DNA of 30,776 bases. It comes from an uncultured Propionivibrio sp. GTDB lineage: Bacteria > Pseudomonadota > Gammaproteobacteria > Burkholderiales > Rhodocyclaceae. Location: assembly GCA_964484585.1 (NCBI GenBank), contig CAZAGR010000001.1, forward strand, positions 1 through 30,776, read 5' to 3'. This document shows, one piece after another, positions 1 through 9,243 of the stretch. Position 1 is the first letter of the stretch; each line of letters opens with the position of its first letter. Made by a program: the position numbers and the translations under genes. A model generated the notes under the pieces. It was not told the DNA's origin. It worked only from the letters and a program-made list of their open reading frames with translations, and did not search any database.

Positions 1-2
1 GT

Positions 3-749
3 TTTCACCCCGAGGGCATCCGCGTTGGTGGAAACTCGGCCGGTAATCGCACGGCAATCAAGGTCTGGGAAAACCGCGAGTACCGCAATCTTGACGACAA
101 GATCGAGCTCGGCACGCGCAATATCAAAGTAGCCTTGCGGCGACTGCGACGCTTCGCACGCGAAGGCGCACAGGATGAACTTGATCTCGACGGCACTATT
201 GCCGGCACGGCCCGCAATGCCGGTTGGCTGGATCTCAAGATGCGGCCGGAACGCCACAACAAGATCAAGGTGTTGTTGTTTCTCGACATCGGTGGCTCGA
301 TGGACGACCATATCACAATCTGCGAGGAATTATTCTCTGCCGCCAAGACCGAGTTTAAACACCTCGAGCATTTTTATTTTCACAACTGCATCTACGACTA
401 CGTCTGGAAAGACAATTATCGTCGCCATAGCGAACGCTTTCCGCTTTGGGACGTACTTCACAAATACGGCGAGGACTACAAAGTCGTAGTCGTCGGCGAT
501 GCCACCATGAGCCCTTACGAGATCATGCAGGCGGGAGGCTCGGTCGAATATAGCAATGAGGAAGCTGGCGCAACATGGCTGCAACGCCTGCTCGACACAT
601 GGCCACGTGCCGTATGGCTGAATCCGGAACCCGAGCGGTTGTGGGAATATCGCCAATCCATACAAATCATCCGCACTATTTTTTCCGACCGAATGTTTCC
701 GCTCACAATAGAAGGACTCGCGCGGGCGATGCGCGAGCTAAACAAGTAG
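3..749 (+). CDS. vWA domain-containing protein, CoxE-like family (5' end outside window)
   Basis: The frame is open from the window edge (FHPEGIRVGG...ELGTRNIKVALRRLR). It contains ELDLDGTI, a MIDAS-like LFLDIGGSMD, YFHNCIY, VVVGDATMSPYEI and WLNPEP, all typical of this family. The true start is upstream of base 1. Confidence 0.85.
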   Translation, partial: FHPEGIRVGGNSAGNRTAIKVWENREYRNLDDKIELGTRNIKVALRRLRRFAREGAQDELDLDGTIAGTARNAGWLDLKMRPERHNKIKVLLFLDIGGSMDDHITICEELFSAAKTEFKHLEHFYFHNCIYDYVWKDNYRRHSERFPLWDVLHKYGEDYKVVVVGDATMSPYEIMQAGGSVEYSNEEAGATWLQRLLDTWPRAVWLNPEPERLWEYRQSIQIIRTIFSDRMFPLTIEGLARAMRELNK

Positions 750-767
750 ACACTGAAGGGCTCGCCC

Positions 768-1232
768 ATGGATCCGATCAGAGACGAGGGACACTTCAAG
801 ATTTATCTGGAAGAGAACATCCTGACCGCCGAGATCATCAACACGGCGTCAGTGCCGAGCGTCAATTACCATACGCTCACGCAGATATTCGCGGCGGTCC
901 AATCTGTCGTGGCGGAACATGATTTGGCGAAGGGCGGCTGGTACATGCTCTACGATTTCAGCGGATTATTGGCCTATGAAATCACTGCAGCAATGGCCTT
1001 CGTCAATTTTTCCCGCTGGGCGCGAAGTAACGGCCGTCGCAAGGCTGCACATATCTTTCCCACGTCCAAACAGGTCAGCGAAGTATCCGTGATCAAACGC
1101 ACTATCGTCAGCCTGGTGAGCCAATTTTCAGACGCTCGCGATGACCACTATACGGCGGCCGACCGTACCGACGCGATGCGCTGGTTCGCTGCCACCTTGA
1201 CACCGGACTCGGCGGAAACGTCGGCAAACTGA
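768..1232 (+). CDS. hypothetical protein, possibly STAS/SEC14 (SpoIIAA-like) fold
   Basis: 154-aa ORF with GAAGGG upstream; its stop overlaps the next ATG. The pattern LYDFS...KAAHI...DAMRW resembles SpoIIAA-like proteins, but this fold call is tentative. Confidence 0.6.
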   Translation: MDPIRDEGHFKIYLEENILTAEIINTASVPSVNYHTLTQIFAAVQSVVAEHDLAKGGWYMLYDFSGLLAYEITAAMAFVNFSRWARSNGRRKAAHIFPTSKQVSEVSVIKRTIVSLVSQFSDARDDHYTAADRTDAMRWFAATLTPDSAETSAN

Positions 1233-1969
1233 TGCCCATATCCGCGACCCGTATGCGCCGTCGCACCTTGCTGCGCCTTTTGGGAGCCACCGGTTTTTGT
1301 GGCGCAGCAGGCATTTCCGGCCTGATTCGACAAGCGCTCGCCGATGGCGACAACCCGGTTGCCCGTGGCATGCACAAGGTCACCGGCGACGTAACGATCA
1401 ACGGGCGGCCGGCCACAAAAGGTAGCGTGCTGCAACCGGGCGACACGATAGCAACCGGAGTTGGGGCCCAAGGTATCTACGTCATCGGTCAGGATGCGTT
1501 TTTGCAGCGTGACAACTCCATCATTCAATTCGGCGCCGACCGCGCGGCCAATGTAATGCGTGTCATCACCGGCAAAATACTGTCGGTCTTTGGCAAAGGG
1601 CAACGTACCATCCAGGTGTCCACCGCTACGATCGGTATTCGCGGCACAGGATGCTACATTGAGGACGAACCTGCAGGCAAAGCGACACCAAAAGTCGGCG
1701 ATAGCGGAACGGCGATCACGACCTCACGCACCTATTTTTGCCTGTGCTACGGCAGTGTTGAACTGATCCCGAATGCTTCGCCCCAACAAAGGGAAATTTA
1801 CAGCACGACTCACCATGACCACCCGATTTACATCCATGATAATCCGATGATGCCTAAATCGATGGTTCCGGCGGCCGTTATGAACCACACAGACTTTGAG
1901 CTGACGCTTTTGGAAAGTATCGTCGGCCGCCCGCCACCGTTCGCCGGGATTTCCGATCGAGCTTACTGA
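1232..1969 (+). CDS. FecR-domain protein with twin-arginine (Tat) signal peptide
   Basis: N-terminus MRRRTLLRLLG...QALA; FecR-like motifs GDTIATG, VITGKILSVF and TATIGIRGT; C-terminal TYFCLCYG...HHDHP...NHTD. Confidence 0.8.
   Translation: MPISATRMRRRTLLRLLGATGFCGAAGISGLIRQALADGDNPVARGMHKVTGDVTINGRPATKGSVLQPGDTIATGVGAQGIYVIGQDAFLQRDNSIIQFGADRAANVMRVITGKILSVFGKGQRTIQVSTATIGIRGTGCYIEDEPAGKATPKVGDSGTAITTSRTYFCLCYGSVELIPNASPQQREIYSTTHHDHPIYIHDNPMMPKSMVPAAVMNHTDFELTLLESIVGRPPPFAGISDRAY
1690..1714 (-). repeat. 25-bp dispersed motif, copy A (CGCCGTTCCGCTATCGCCGACTTTT on the minus strand)
   Basis: The plus strand reads aaaagtcggcgatagcggaacggcg. It lies inside the FecR-like CDS and encodes (P)KVGDSGTA. 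Confidence 0.9.
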
Positions 1970-1973
1970 GGAT

Positions 1974-2013
1974 AAAAAAAGCCGTTCCGGTTTCCCGGAA
2001 CGGCCTTTTGTTT
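1974..2013. terminator. bidirectional rho-independent terminator
   Basis: Perfect 10-bp stem GCCGTTCCGG-TTTC-CCGGAACGGC (1981-2004), with an A7 tract on the left and a T-rich tract on the right, between convergent genes. Confidence 0.9.
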
Positions 2014-2029
2014 CAACAGCTCGACTCGA

Positions 2030-2683
2030 TTAGCGGCCAAGTGAGTCGCGAACTTTGGTTTCCAGATTCTTGGAGAGTTCGGTAACGCGGTCTACAAGCT
2101 TCTTGAACGCATCGCTTTTCGGAAAGCCCAAGCGATCCAACGCCTGCTCGACCTGCGTGTCAAACGTCTTGCCAAATCGATCGATGTTCTTGTCGACCGC
2201 ACCGGCAGCAACATTGATGCTCTTCTTGAGGCGATTGGCATTGCTATCGATAGCTACGCGGCCTTGCTTTTCCATCGTGGCACCGGCTTTCACCAAGGCT
2301 TCAAAAGCTTTCTCGCCCTGCGTACCGGCGGAAGTGCTGGCTTTAGCCAAGGCACCTAGGCCGGCCAACCACACAGCGCGCTGCGAATCGATCAGCTTCA
2401 GTGAGGCATCACGCGTCATATTGACGGCAGCGCTCGCGCCTTTGCGGCTCTGTGCGGTCACTTTCTTCAGGGCGACAGTCGATTTGCTACCCACCTTGGC
2501 AGATTTTGCCTTGGCCTTCGCGCTAGCAACAGTCTTGACAACTTTGGCCTTGACGGCAGCCGCCTTAGGGACCGCAACCTTAGGGACCGCAACTTTGGGA
2601 GCTGCAACTTTCGGTGCAGCGGCCTTGGCGGCCGGCTTTGCAGCAGAAACAGTTTTCTTCGTGGTGGTTGTTGAGGTAGCCAT
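2030..2683 (-). CDS. PHA granule-associated phasin, PhaF/PhaI (poly_gran) family, with N-terminal Lys/Ala/Pro-rich region
   Basis: VWLAGLGALAK...FEALVKAG and FDTQVEQALDRLGFP...L..RVTELS are characteristic of PhaF/PhaI. The N-terminus has AAKP/KVAAP/KVAVP repeats. Confidence 0.85.
   Translation of the reverse strand: MATSTTTTKKTVSAAKPAAKAAAPKVAAPKVAVPKVAVPKAAAVKAKVVKTVASAKAKAKSAKVGSKSTVALKKVTAQSRKGASAAVNMTRDASLKLIDSQRAVWLAGLGALAKASTSAGTQGEKAFEALVKAGATMEKQGRVAIDSNANRLKKSINVAAGAVDKNIDRFGKTFDTQVEQALDRLGFPKSDAFKKLVDRVTELSKNLETKVRDSLGR
2564..2623. repeat. 15-bp coding tandem repeat (2 perfect + 2 degenerate units)
   Basis: cttagggaccgcaac at 2564 and 2579, then tttgggagctgcaac and tttcggtgcagcggc. 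It encodes the KxAxP pentapeptides of the phasin. Confidence 0.85.
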
Positions 2684-2818
2684 GGTAATTCTCCAGTTTC
2701 TCGATTAAAAAATTGAATTCAGGTTTTTCACCGGTCATTAAGTTGCTGGATTTCCAGTGTGTGGAACGCAGTATCGCAACAAGTATCTAGAGCGTTCAAC
2801 CTAACCGTCACGACTGGC

Positions 2819-4621
2819 TTAGGTCGCCCAATCAACCTCTGCCGGTGGCGTCACCTTCAGCACTTCCTCAACGGTTGTCAAGCCGGCTGCGACTTTTCGT
2901 GCACCGGCGATTCGCAAAGGCTTCATGCCATCGCGAATGCCTTGCTCGCGCAGCTTTGCCAAATCGGCACGCGACGCGACCAGACGCTTGATGTCGGTCG
3001 TCATATGCATGATTTCGTAAATTCCGATTCGCCCCATGAAGCCAGTCATGCGACATTCAAGGCACCCGACCGGACGATAAATCTGCTGCGGCAGGTTTGA
3101 CTTCCACGGCGCCACCAAGCCTGTCCAAGCCAGTTCGTCTTCCTCCCGCAAGCCGCCGGGTTGCTTGCAATGCGGACACAAGGTCCTTACCAAACGCTGC
3201 GCCATCACGCCGACAACGGTAGCCGAAAGCAGATAAGGCGGCACGCCCAAATCGATCAGTCGTGTCATTGCGGACGGCGCATCATTGGTGTGCAAAGTTG
3301 ACAGCACCAGATGACCGGTCAAGGCCGCCTGAATCGCCATTTCGGCAGTCTCCAGGTCACGAATTTCGCCCACCATGATGATGTCCGGATCCTGCCGCAT
3401 CAATGAACGGATTCCGGCCGCAAAGGTCACACCGAGGTCAGGCTGCACCTGCACCTGGTTGAATGACGATTCAACCATTTCAATCGGATCTTCCAGAGTG
3501 CAAACGTTCACCTCCGGTGTCGCCAGGGTCTTTAACGTGGAATACAGGGTGACCGTTTTTCCGCTGCCTGTCGGTCCGGTGACCAGGATGATCCCATTGG
3601 GCTGCGCCGACATTTTTGACCAGGCCACCGACTCGTCCGGATCAAAACCAAGTTCCGAAAAATCACGCACCAGCACATCCGGATCAAAAATCCGCATCAC
3701 CAGTTTTTCACCAAACGCGGTTGGCAAAGTCGAAAGTCGCAACTCCACTTCCGTGCCATCGGGCATACGAGTCTTGATGCGCCCGTCTTGCGGTCGGCGT
3801 TTCTCGACCACGTCCATGCGACCCAAAATTTTGATCCGGCTGGTCATGGCATTCAGAACAGACATCGGAATCTGATAAACCTGATGCAACACGCCGTCGA
3901 TGCGAAATCGCACCTGTCCCATGTTGCGCCTCGGCTCGACATGAATATCGGACGCGCGCTGATCGAACGCGTATTGCCACAGCCAATCCACAATGCGGAT
4001 GATGTGCTGGTCATTGGCATCGAAATTCTTATTGGTTTTACCGAGCTCGACAAGCTGCTCGAAATTCGATGCCCCGCCGGCAACGTCGCCCTTACCCATC
4101 GCGCCTTTGACCGACTTCGCCAGGTTATAAAACTCGACCTGGAAGCGTGCAATATCGGCCGGACTGGCAACAACGCGGCGAATCTCCTTCTTCAAAATGG
4201 GCGCCATTTCGGCTTCCCAGCATCGTTGCCAAGGCTCCGCTGTGGCGATGACCACCTCAGTTAACTTCACTTCCACCGGCAGAATGCGAAAACGTGTTGC
4301 GTACGTGCTGCTCATCACTTCGGTGATGGCCGCGAAATTTACTTTCAGAGGATCAATATGCAGATAAGGCAACCCGCTCCATGTGGCGAGCCATTGGGTC
4401 AAGCTGTCCAGATCCAGGATCCGGTGCGGCGGCTTGAACGACTTCCAGTGCTGCTCGGATATGGCGACCAGCGGATGCGCATCGCCGCGGAAATAACGCC
4501 GCTCCTGCTTGAAGGAATCGGCAACGGCCGGATCGACCAGACCGTCGGCCACCAGCGCATCGGTGACCTCGGGCAAGGTAAGGCGATGTTCGTTCGAAGT
4601 TTCGGTCGGTACAGCAGCCAT
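2819..4621 (-). CDS. GspE/PulE/PilB-family secretion/pilus assembly ATPase
   Basis: ASDIHVEP, Walker A GPTGSGKT, Asp box LEDPIE, RQDPDIIMVGEIRD, His box GHLVLSTLHTND and a CxxC...CxxC zinc site. Confidence 0.95.
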   Translation of the reverse strand: MAAVPTETSNEHRLTLPEVTDALVADGLVDPAVADSFKQERRYFRGDAHPLVAISEQHWKSFKPPHRILDLDSLTQWLATWSGLPYLHIDPLKVNFAAITEVMSSTYATRFRILPVEVKLTEVVIATAEPWQRCWEAEMAPILKKEIRRVVASPADIARFQVEFYNLAKSVKGAMGKGDVAGGASNFEQLVELGKTNKNFDANDQHIIRIVDWLWQYAFDQRASDIHVEPRRNMGQVRFRIDGVLHQVYQIPMSVLNAMTSRIKILGRMDVVEKRRPQDGRIKTRMPDGTEVELRLSTLPTAFGEKLVMRIFDPDVLVRDFSELGFDPDESVAWSKMSAQPNGIILVTGPTGSGKTVTLYSTLKTLATPEVNVCTLEDPIEMVESSFNQVQVQPDLGVTFAAGIRSLMRQDPDIIMVGEIRDLETAEMAIQAALTGHLVLSTLHTNDAPSAMTRLIDLGVPPYLLSATVVGVMAQRLVRTLCPHCKQPGGLREEDELAWTGLVAPWKSNLPQQIYRPVGCLECRMTGFMGRIGIYEIMHMTTDIKRLVASRADLAKLREQGIRDGMKPLRIAGARKVAAGLTTVEEVLKVTPPAEVDWAT

Positions 4622-4629
4622 GGCAAAGA

Positions 4630-4654
4630 AAAAGTCGGCGCTAGCGGTACGGCG
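4630..4654 (-). repeat. 25-bp dispersed motif, copy B (CGCCGTACCGCTAGCGCCGACTTTT on the minus strand)
   Basis: The plus strand reads aaaagtcggcgctagcggtacggcg. It is intergenic, 8 nt from the ATPase start codon. Confidence 0.9.
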
Positions 4655-4712
4655 ACTATAACTCAGGATGCGGCTATCATGCGCCCAGTCGAACCCGCTT
4701 TAAGCGAAAATT

Positions 4713-5201
4713 GTGATGGACCCTAAAAATCCTCGCCAGCCCGGCCAAGCCCGCCAGATACGCCTGCTCCTGCTTGCAAGCCTGTGCGCGTTCCCATATC
4801 TGGCAATGGCACAATCCGCAACCGAAACTGAAGGATGCGCCCTGGCACGCGATCCCGTGCGCTGCCTTGCGCGTACAGAAGCAATCGCCACCTGCGCAGA
4901 CCTTCACGGCGAAAAGAAGCATGACTGCCTCCTTGTGCGCCTGCCACCCCCCGACTGCGGTGCCGCGCCGGACTCGCGACGCTGCCAGCTTGAACAGGAT
5001 GCACGAGAGGCCTGCAAGGGTCGCGAAGCGCAGGCTCTGCGCGATTGCCTGCGCGACCAGGGCATCGAGGCGCCGAAGAAATCAAAGTCGAAGTCGACCG
5101 CGAAGTCGAAGTCGACCGCGAAGTCAAAGGCGACGTCAAAAAAGAAGCCTGCGGCCAAAAAAAGCAAACCTGCCTATACCGCGGCGCCGAAGCAAAAATA
5201 A
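4713..5201 (+). CDS. secreted Cys-repeat protein with Lys-rich C-terminal tail
   Basis: Signal-peptide-like RLLLLASLCAFPYLAMA; two units of C-x8-C-x9-C-x10-C; KSKSTA repeats. No family recognised. Confidence 0.7.
   Translation: MMDPKNPRQPGQARQIRLLLLASLCAFPYLAMAQSATETEGCALARDPVRCLARTEAIATCADLHGEKKHDCLLVRLPPPDCGAAPDSRRCQLEQDAREACKGREAQALRDCLRDQGIEAPKKSKSKSTAKSKSTAKSKATSKKKPAAKKSKPAYTAAPKQK
5085..5138 (+). repeat. 18-bp coding tandem repeat (KSKSTA x2 + one degenerate unit)
   Basis: aagtcgaagtcgaccgcg at 5085 and 5103, then aagtcaaaggcgacgtca. Confidence 0.85.
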
Positions 5202-5211
5202 CGTGCGCTCT

Positions 5212-5252
5212 GTAAATAAAAATCGCGACGAAGCCTAGACGTCGTCGCGATT
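5212..5252 (-). terminator. probable rho-independent terminator of htpG
   Basis: 11-bp perfect stem AATCGCGACGA / TCGTCGCGATT (5221-5231, 5242-5252). It is followed on the minus strand by TTTATTTA and lies 22 nt past the htpG stop. Confidence 0.7.
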
Positions 5253-5274
5253 CGCGCAGTGCTGAGAGTTCGAA

Positions 5275-7233
5275 TTACTGGGCGTTCGGCGTGGTGCCGC
5301 CCCCCATTTCCAGCATCAACTGATTCATCCGCTTCACAAAGGTCGCCGGGTCATCAAGCTGCCCGCCTTCGGCCAAAAGAGCCTGATCGAACAACACCGC
5401 CGCCCAATCATCGAAACGCTTGTCTTCATATTTCAAGCGCAAAACGACCGGATGGCGCGGGTTGATTTCCAGAATCGGTTTCGACACCGGAGCGCTCTGT
5501 CCCGCGGCCTTGAGGATACGGGCAAGATTTCCCGAGACGTCATGCTCGTCTGCGACCAGACAGGCAGGCGAATCGGTCAGACGATGGGTCACCCGTACCT
5601 CCTTGACACGCTCGGTCAGCGAAGCTGCAATCTTGTCCGTCAGTTCCTTGAAGTCACCTGCGTCTTTCTCCTGCTCCTTTTTCTCAGCTTCATCTTCCAG
5701 TTTGCCCAAGTCCAGTCCGCCCTTGGCGACAGAAATCAATGATTTGCCGTCAAACTCGGACAGGTTTGAAACCACCCACTCATCGACGCGATCCGTGAGC
5801 AGGAGGACCTCGATGCCCTTTTTGCGGAACACCTCAAGGTGCGGGCTGTTCTTCGCCGCATTGAATGTCTCGGCCGTCACGAAATAGATTTTTTCCTGTT
5901 CCGGTTTCATTCTCGCGATGTAGTCGGCCAGCGAAACACTCTCTTCGGTTGTATCAAGGTGGGTCGAGGCAAATCGCAACAAGCCGGCGATTTTCTCTTT
6001 ATTGGCAAAATCTTCGCCGATGCCTTCTTTCAGCACACGGCCGAACTCGCCCCAGAATTTGCTGTACTTCTCCTTATCGGCCGCCTCGTCACTCTCGGCG
6101 AGGTCAGACAGCATGCCGAGCACCTTTTTCGAGCAGCCATTGCGAATCGACTCGATGTCCTTCGATTCCTGCAATATTTCACGCGACACGTTGAGTGGCA
6201 AATCGGCCGAATCGACAACCCCGCGTACGAAACGAAGGTACGTCGGCATCAATTGCTCGGCATCGTCCATGATAAAAACGCGACGCACATACAGTTTGAC
6301 GCCATGTCGCGCATTGCGATCCCACATGTCGAACGGAGCTCGGGCTGGAATGTAAAGCAGCTGGGTGTATTCGGTCTTGCCTTCAACACGGGCATGGGTC
6401 CACGTCAGCGGGTCCTCAAAATCATGGCCGACGTGCTTGTAGAACTCTTTGTATTGCTCCTCGGTGATGTCGTTCTTGCTGCGCGCCCACAAAGCCGACG
6501 CCTGATTGACCGTCTCGTCTTCGTCGGTCGTCACTTGTGCGCTCTTCTCCTTGTCCCACTCTTCCTTCTTCATCACGATCGGCTGCACAATATGATCGGA
6601 ATACTTGCGGATGATCGAACGTAGCTTGTATCCGGCCAGCAAGTCGTCCTGACCTTCCTCACGCAGGTGAAGCGTGATTTCGGTACCACGAGTCGCCTTA
6701 GCGGCCATTTCAATGGTGAATTCGCCGGCGCCCTCCGATTCCCAAAGCACCCCCTGATCGGCCGCCAGACCGGCGCGACGGGTCAGCACGGTGACGCGAT
6801 CGGCGACGATAAAGGACGAATAAAAACCGACGCCAAACTGGCCGATCAGGCTGGCATCCTTTTTCTGATCGCCGGACAGTTGAGTAAAGAACTCACGCGT
6901 ACCCGACTTGGCGATCGTGCCCAGATTAGCGATCACCTCTTCACGACTCATGCCGACACCGTTATCCGAAATGCTCAAGGTTCGAGCATCTTTGTCAAAG
7001 CTCACCCGAATCTTGAAATCCGAGTCACCTTCAAACAGCGCGTCATTGTGTAACGCCTCAAAGCGCAGCTTGTCACAGGCGTCCGAGGCATTGGAAATAA
7101 GTTCACGAAGGAATATCTCGCGATTGGAATACAGCGAGTGAATCATCAGTTGCAGAAGTTGCTTGACCTCGGTCTGAAAGCCAAGGGTTTCACGGTTGCC
7201 GCTGGTTGCGGCGGAGGGAGTGGCGGTGGTCAT
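5275..7233 (-). CDS. htpG: molecular chaperone HtpG (Hsp90)
   Basis: [67 protein letters not shown] and ILEINPRHP. Confidence 0.99.
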   Translation of the reverse strand: MTTATPSAATSGNRETLGFQTEVKQLLQLMIHSLYSNREIFLRELISNASDACDKLRFEALHNDALFEGDSDFKIRVSFDKDARTLSISDNGVGMSREEVIANLGTIAKSGTREFFTQLSGDQKKDASLIGQFGVGFYSSFIVADRVTVLTRRAGLAADQGVLWESEGAGEFTIEMAAKATRGTEITLHLREEGQDDLLAGYKLRSIIRKYSDHIVQPIVMKKEEWDKEKSAQVTTDEDETVNQASALWARSKNDITEEQYKEFYKHVGHDFEDPLTWTHARVEGKTEYTQLLYIPARAPFDMWDRNARHGVKLYVRRVFIMDDAEQLMPTYLRFVRGVVDSADLPLNVSREILQESKDIESIRNGCSKKVLGMLSDLAESDEAADKEKYSKFWGEFGRVLKEGIGEDFANKEKIAGLLRFASTHLDTTEESVSLADYIARMKPEQEKIYFVTAETFNAAKNSPHLEVFRKKGIEVLLLTDRVDEWVVSNLSEFDGKSLISVAKGGLDLGKLEDEAEKKEQEKDAGDFKELTDKIAASLTERVKEVRVTHRLTDSPACLVADEHDVSGNLARILKAAGQSAPVSKPILEINPRHPVVLRLKYEDKRFDDWAAVLFDQALLAEGGQLDDPATFVKRMNQLMLEMGGGTTPNAQ

Positions 7234-7283
7234 GTGGTTTCCTTCACGCAGTCAAAGATAGGTAAAAAGCACAGCATGCCGCG

Positions 7284-7311
7284 ATCTGGGGGCAAGTTTC
7301 AGGTTTTCAAG
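7284..7311 (-). promoter_or_regulatory. sigma32 (RpoH) heat-shock promoter of htpG
   Basis: The minus strand reads CTTGAAA-acctgaaacttg-CCCCCAGAT, matching the established RpoH consensus CTTGAAA-N13-14-CCCCATNT, about 50 nt upstream of the htpG ATG. Confidence 0.85.
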
Positions 7312-7333
7312 ACCAAAATAAAACGCTTGTAGC

Positions 7334-7358
7334 AAAAGTCGGCGCTAGCGTGACGGCG
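7334..7358 (-). repeat. 25-bp dispersed motif, copy C (CGCCGTCACGCTAGCGCCGACTTTT on the minus strand)
   Basis: The plus strand reads aaaagtcggcgctagcgtgacggcg. It lies in the htpG/kef divergent intergenic region. Confidence 0.9.
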
Positions 7359-7370
7359 CAACGTATTACC

Positions 7371-9170
7371 ATGGCGCCTATGCCGCCACTCTCCCAAGCT
7401 GTCGTCTTGCTCGCCGCCGCGGTTGTTGCGGTTCCGCTGCTCAAACAGTTCGGCTTGGCCTCCGTGATGGGCTTTCTCGTCGCCGGCGTAACAATCGGGC
7501 CTTGGGGCCTGAGCCTTATCGACCAACCCGACGTGATCCTGCACACCACCGAGTTCGGTGTCGTGCTGTTGCTGTTCATCATCGGACTGGAACTCCAGCC
7601 AACCCGCCTGTGGGTTCTGCGCCGTGCCGTATTCGGACTCGGCGGAGCCCAGGTCGCCCTGACGACGGTCAGCGTGGCAATAATTGCGTGGCTGCTTGGC
7701 TTGCCGCCGCTGGCCGCCGTTCTCGCCGGCTTGGCCTTGTCCATGTCGTCGACTGCATTTGTGCTGCAGATGCTGGCTGAAAAGAAACAGCTCACGACCC
7801 GCTATGGACGTGACGGATTTGCGGTCCTGCTGTTCCAGGATCTTGCAGTCATTCCCCTGCTGGCCATTTTTCCCCTGCTTTCTCCCATGGCGGCGACGGC
7901 CGATCGGCCACCGGCCTGGGTCTCACTCACCGTCTTACTTGCAGTGGTGCTGGGCGGGCGGCCGCTCTTGCGTTTTCTGCTACGTCGGGTTGCCGGCACG
8001 GACAGCCATGAACTGCTGGTAATGGCGACACTCCTGATCGTCATGGCAATGGCGTGGAGCATGGAGGCAGCGGGCTTGAGCATGTCGCTCGGCGCATTTC
8101 TGGCCGGCGTATTGCTGGCCGATTCCGAGTATCGACATGAACTCGAAGCCAATATCGAACCGTTCAAAGGCGTACTGCTCGGACTGTTTTTTGTCGCTGT
8201 CGGCATGTCTGCCAATCTCGGCTTGGTGGTGGAGCGACCGCTGTTGATATTCGGGCTCGCCATCGGGCTAATGGCCGTCAAGGCCACTGTGCTTCTTGGG
8301 CTTGGTCGATTTACAGGCATGAACGCTTGCAGCGCGCGCCGCTTTGCCATCTACCTGTCACAAGGCGGCGAATTCGCCTTTGTCCTGCTGGCATTGGCTG
8401 CCGGGCAACAACTGATGGACGCGGCTACGGCAGATCTGCTGGCCATGGTGGTAACCCTGTCGATGGCTCTGACGCCCGTTCTGCTGGGCGCACACGAACG
8501 CTGGCTGGCTCCGCTCGAGAACCGCGGGGTGCAGAGGCCATTCGATGAAATCAAGACTGAGGATCATCGCGTCATCATTGCCGGCTTTGGCCGCTTCGGG
8601 CAAATCATCGCGCGCGTGTTGCGAATGCGCAAGATCGGCGTCACGGTGCTGGAATCCAATTCAGAACAGGTCGACTTCGTCCGTCGATTCGGCAATCGCA
8701 TCCATTACGGCGACGCCTCGCGGCTCGATCTTCTGCGCGCCGCCGGCGCAGAGAAAGCCGAAGTATTTGTTCTCGCGATCGACGACATTGAGAGTTCCTT
8801 GAAAACGGCGGCGGTGGTGCGCAAACATTTTCCGCACCTGAAAATTTACGCGCGTGCACGAAATCGCTTTCACTACTACCGCCTTCGCGATCTGGGCATC
8901 CAACTGATCACGCGTGAAACCTTCGCCGCCAGCGCCGAACTCGCCGGCGACGTTCTGGAGGGGCTGGGTATTTCTTTCACCTCCGCCAAGCGCAGTATCG
9001 GATCGTTTCGCGCCTACGATGAGGCCATGCTGGAAAGGCAATATGCGGTCAATCAAGATGAAGCCAAACTGATCCAGACTTCGCGCGATGCAGCGCTCGA
9101 ACTCGAGGAGTTATTCGAGGCGGACAATGCCAGCGCGGATGCGGACGTTGACGAACATACGCGGACGTAG
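7371..9170 (+). CDS. KefB/KefC-family glutathione-gated K+ efflux protein (CPA2 antiporter + KTN/RCK domain)
   Basis: EFGVVLLLFIIGLEL, LLFQDLAVIP, LSQGGEFAFV, and a KTN domain IIAGFGRFGQ...YGDASRLDLL...HLKIYARARNR. I prefer the ATG at 7371 (or 7380) to the GTG at 7350, which lies inside motif copy C. KefB and KefC cannot be told apart by eye. Confidence 0.93.
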   Translation: MAPMPPLSQAVVLLAAAVVAVPLLKQFGLASVMGFLVAGVTIGPWGLSLIDQPDVILHTTEFGVVLLLFIIGLELQPTRLWVLRRAVFGLGGAQVALTTVSVAIIAWLLGLPPLAAVLAGLALSMSSTAFVLQMLAEKKQLTTRYGRDGFAVLLFQDLAVIPLLAIFPLLSPMAATADRPPAWVSLTVLLAVVLGGRPLLRFLLRRVAGTDSHELLVMATLLIVMAMAWSMEAAGLSMSLGAFLAGVLLADSEYRHELEANIEPFKGVLLGLFFVAVGMSANLGLVVERPLLIFGLAIGLMAVKATVLLGLGRFTGMNACSARRFAIYLSQGGEFAFVLLALAAGQQLMDAATADLLAMVVTLSMALTPVLLGAHERWLAPLENRGVQRPFDEIKTEDHRVIIAGFGRFGQIIARVLRMRKIGVTVLESNSEQVDFVRRFGNRIHYGDASRLDLLRAAGAEKAEVFVLAIDDIESSLKTAAVVRKHFPHLKIYARARNRFHYYRLRDLGIQLITRETFAASAELAGDVLEGLGISFTSAKRSIGSFRAYDEAMLERQYAVNQDEAKLIQTSRDAALELEELFEADNASADADVDEHTRT

Positions 9171-9243
9171 CGATACTCCCGATCATCTTGTGAATGTCGG
9201 CTTGGCCCCCAAATATCACCCGACTACCGCATGGAAATAATGT

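Noticed and set aside
2873-2897. Near-match to the 25-bp motif (…gccggctgcgactttt); similar partial matches at 22991 and 30284
   Set aside because: They lack the CGCCGT arm and have mismatches or indels in the 11-bp core, so they are compatible with chance.
4630-4654. Interpreting the 25-bp motif as the Neisseria DUS (GCCGTCTGAA) or as a REP hairpin
   Set aside because: It shares only GCCGT with the DUS, and no copy forms a stem-loop longer than the 8-bp core or occurs as an inverted pair.
5839-6624. 261-aa plus-strand ORF and other ORFs opposite htpG, gspE, kef, bepA and the RCC1 gene
   Set aside because: They lie opposite strongly conserved genes and show no independent protein features.
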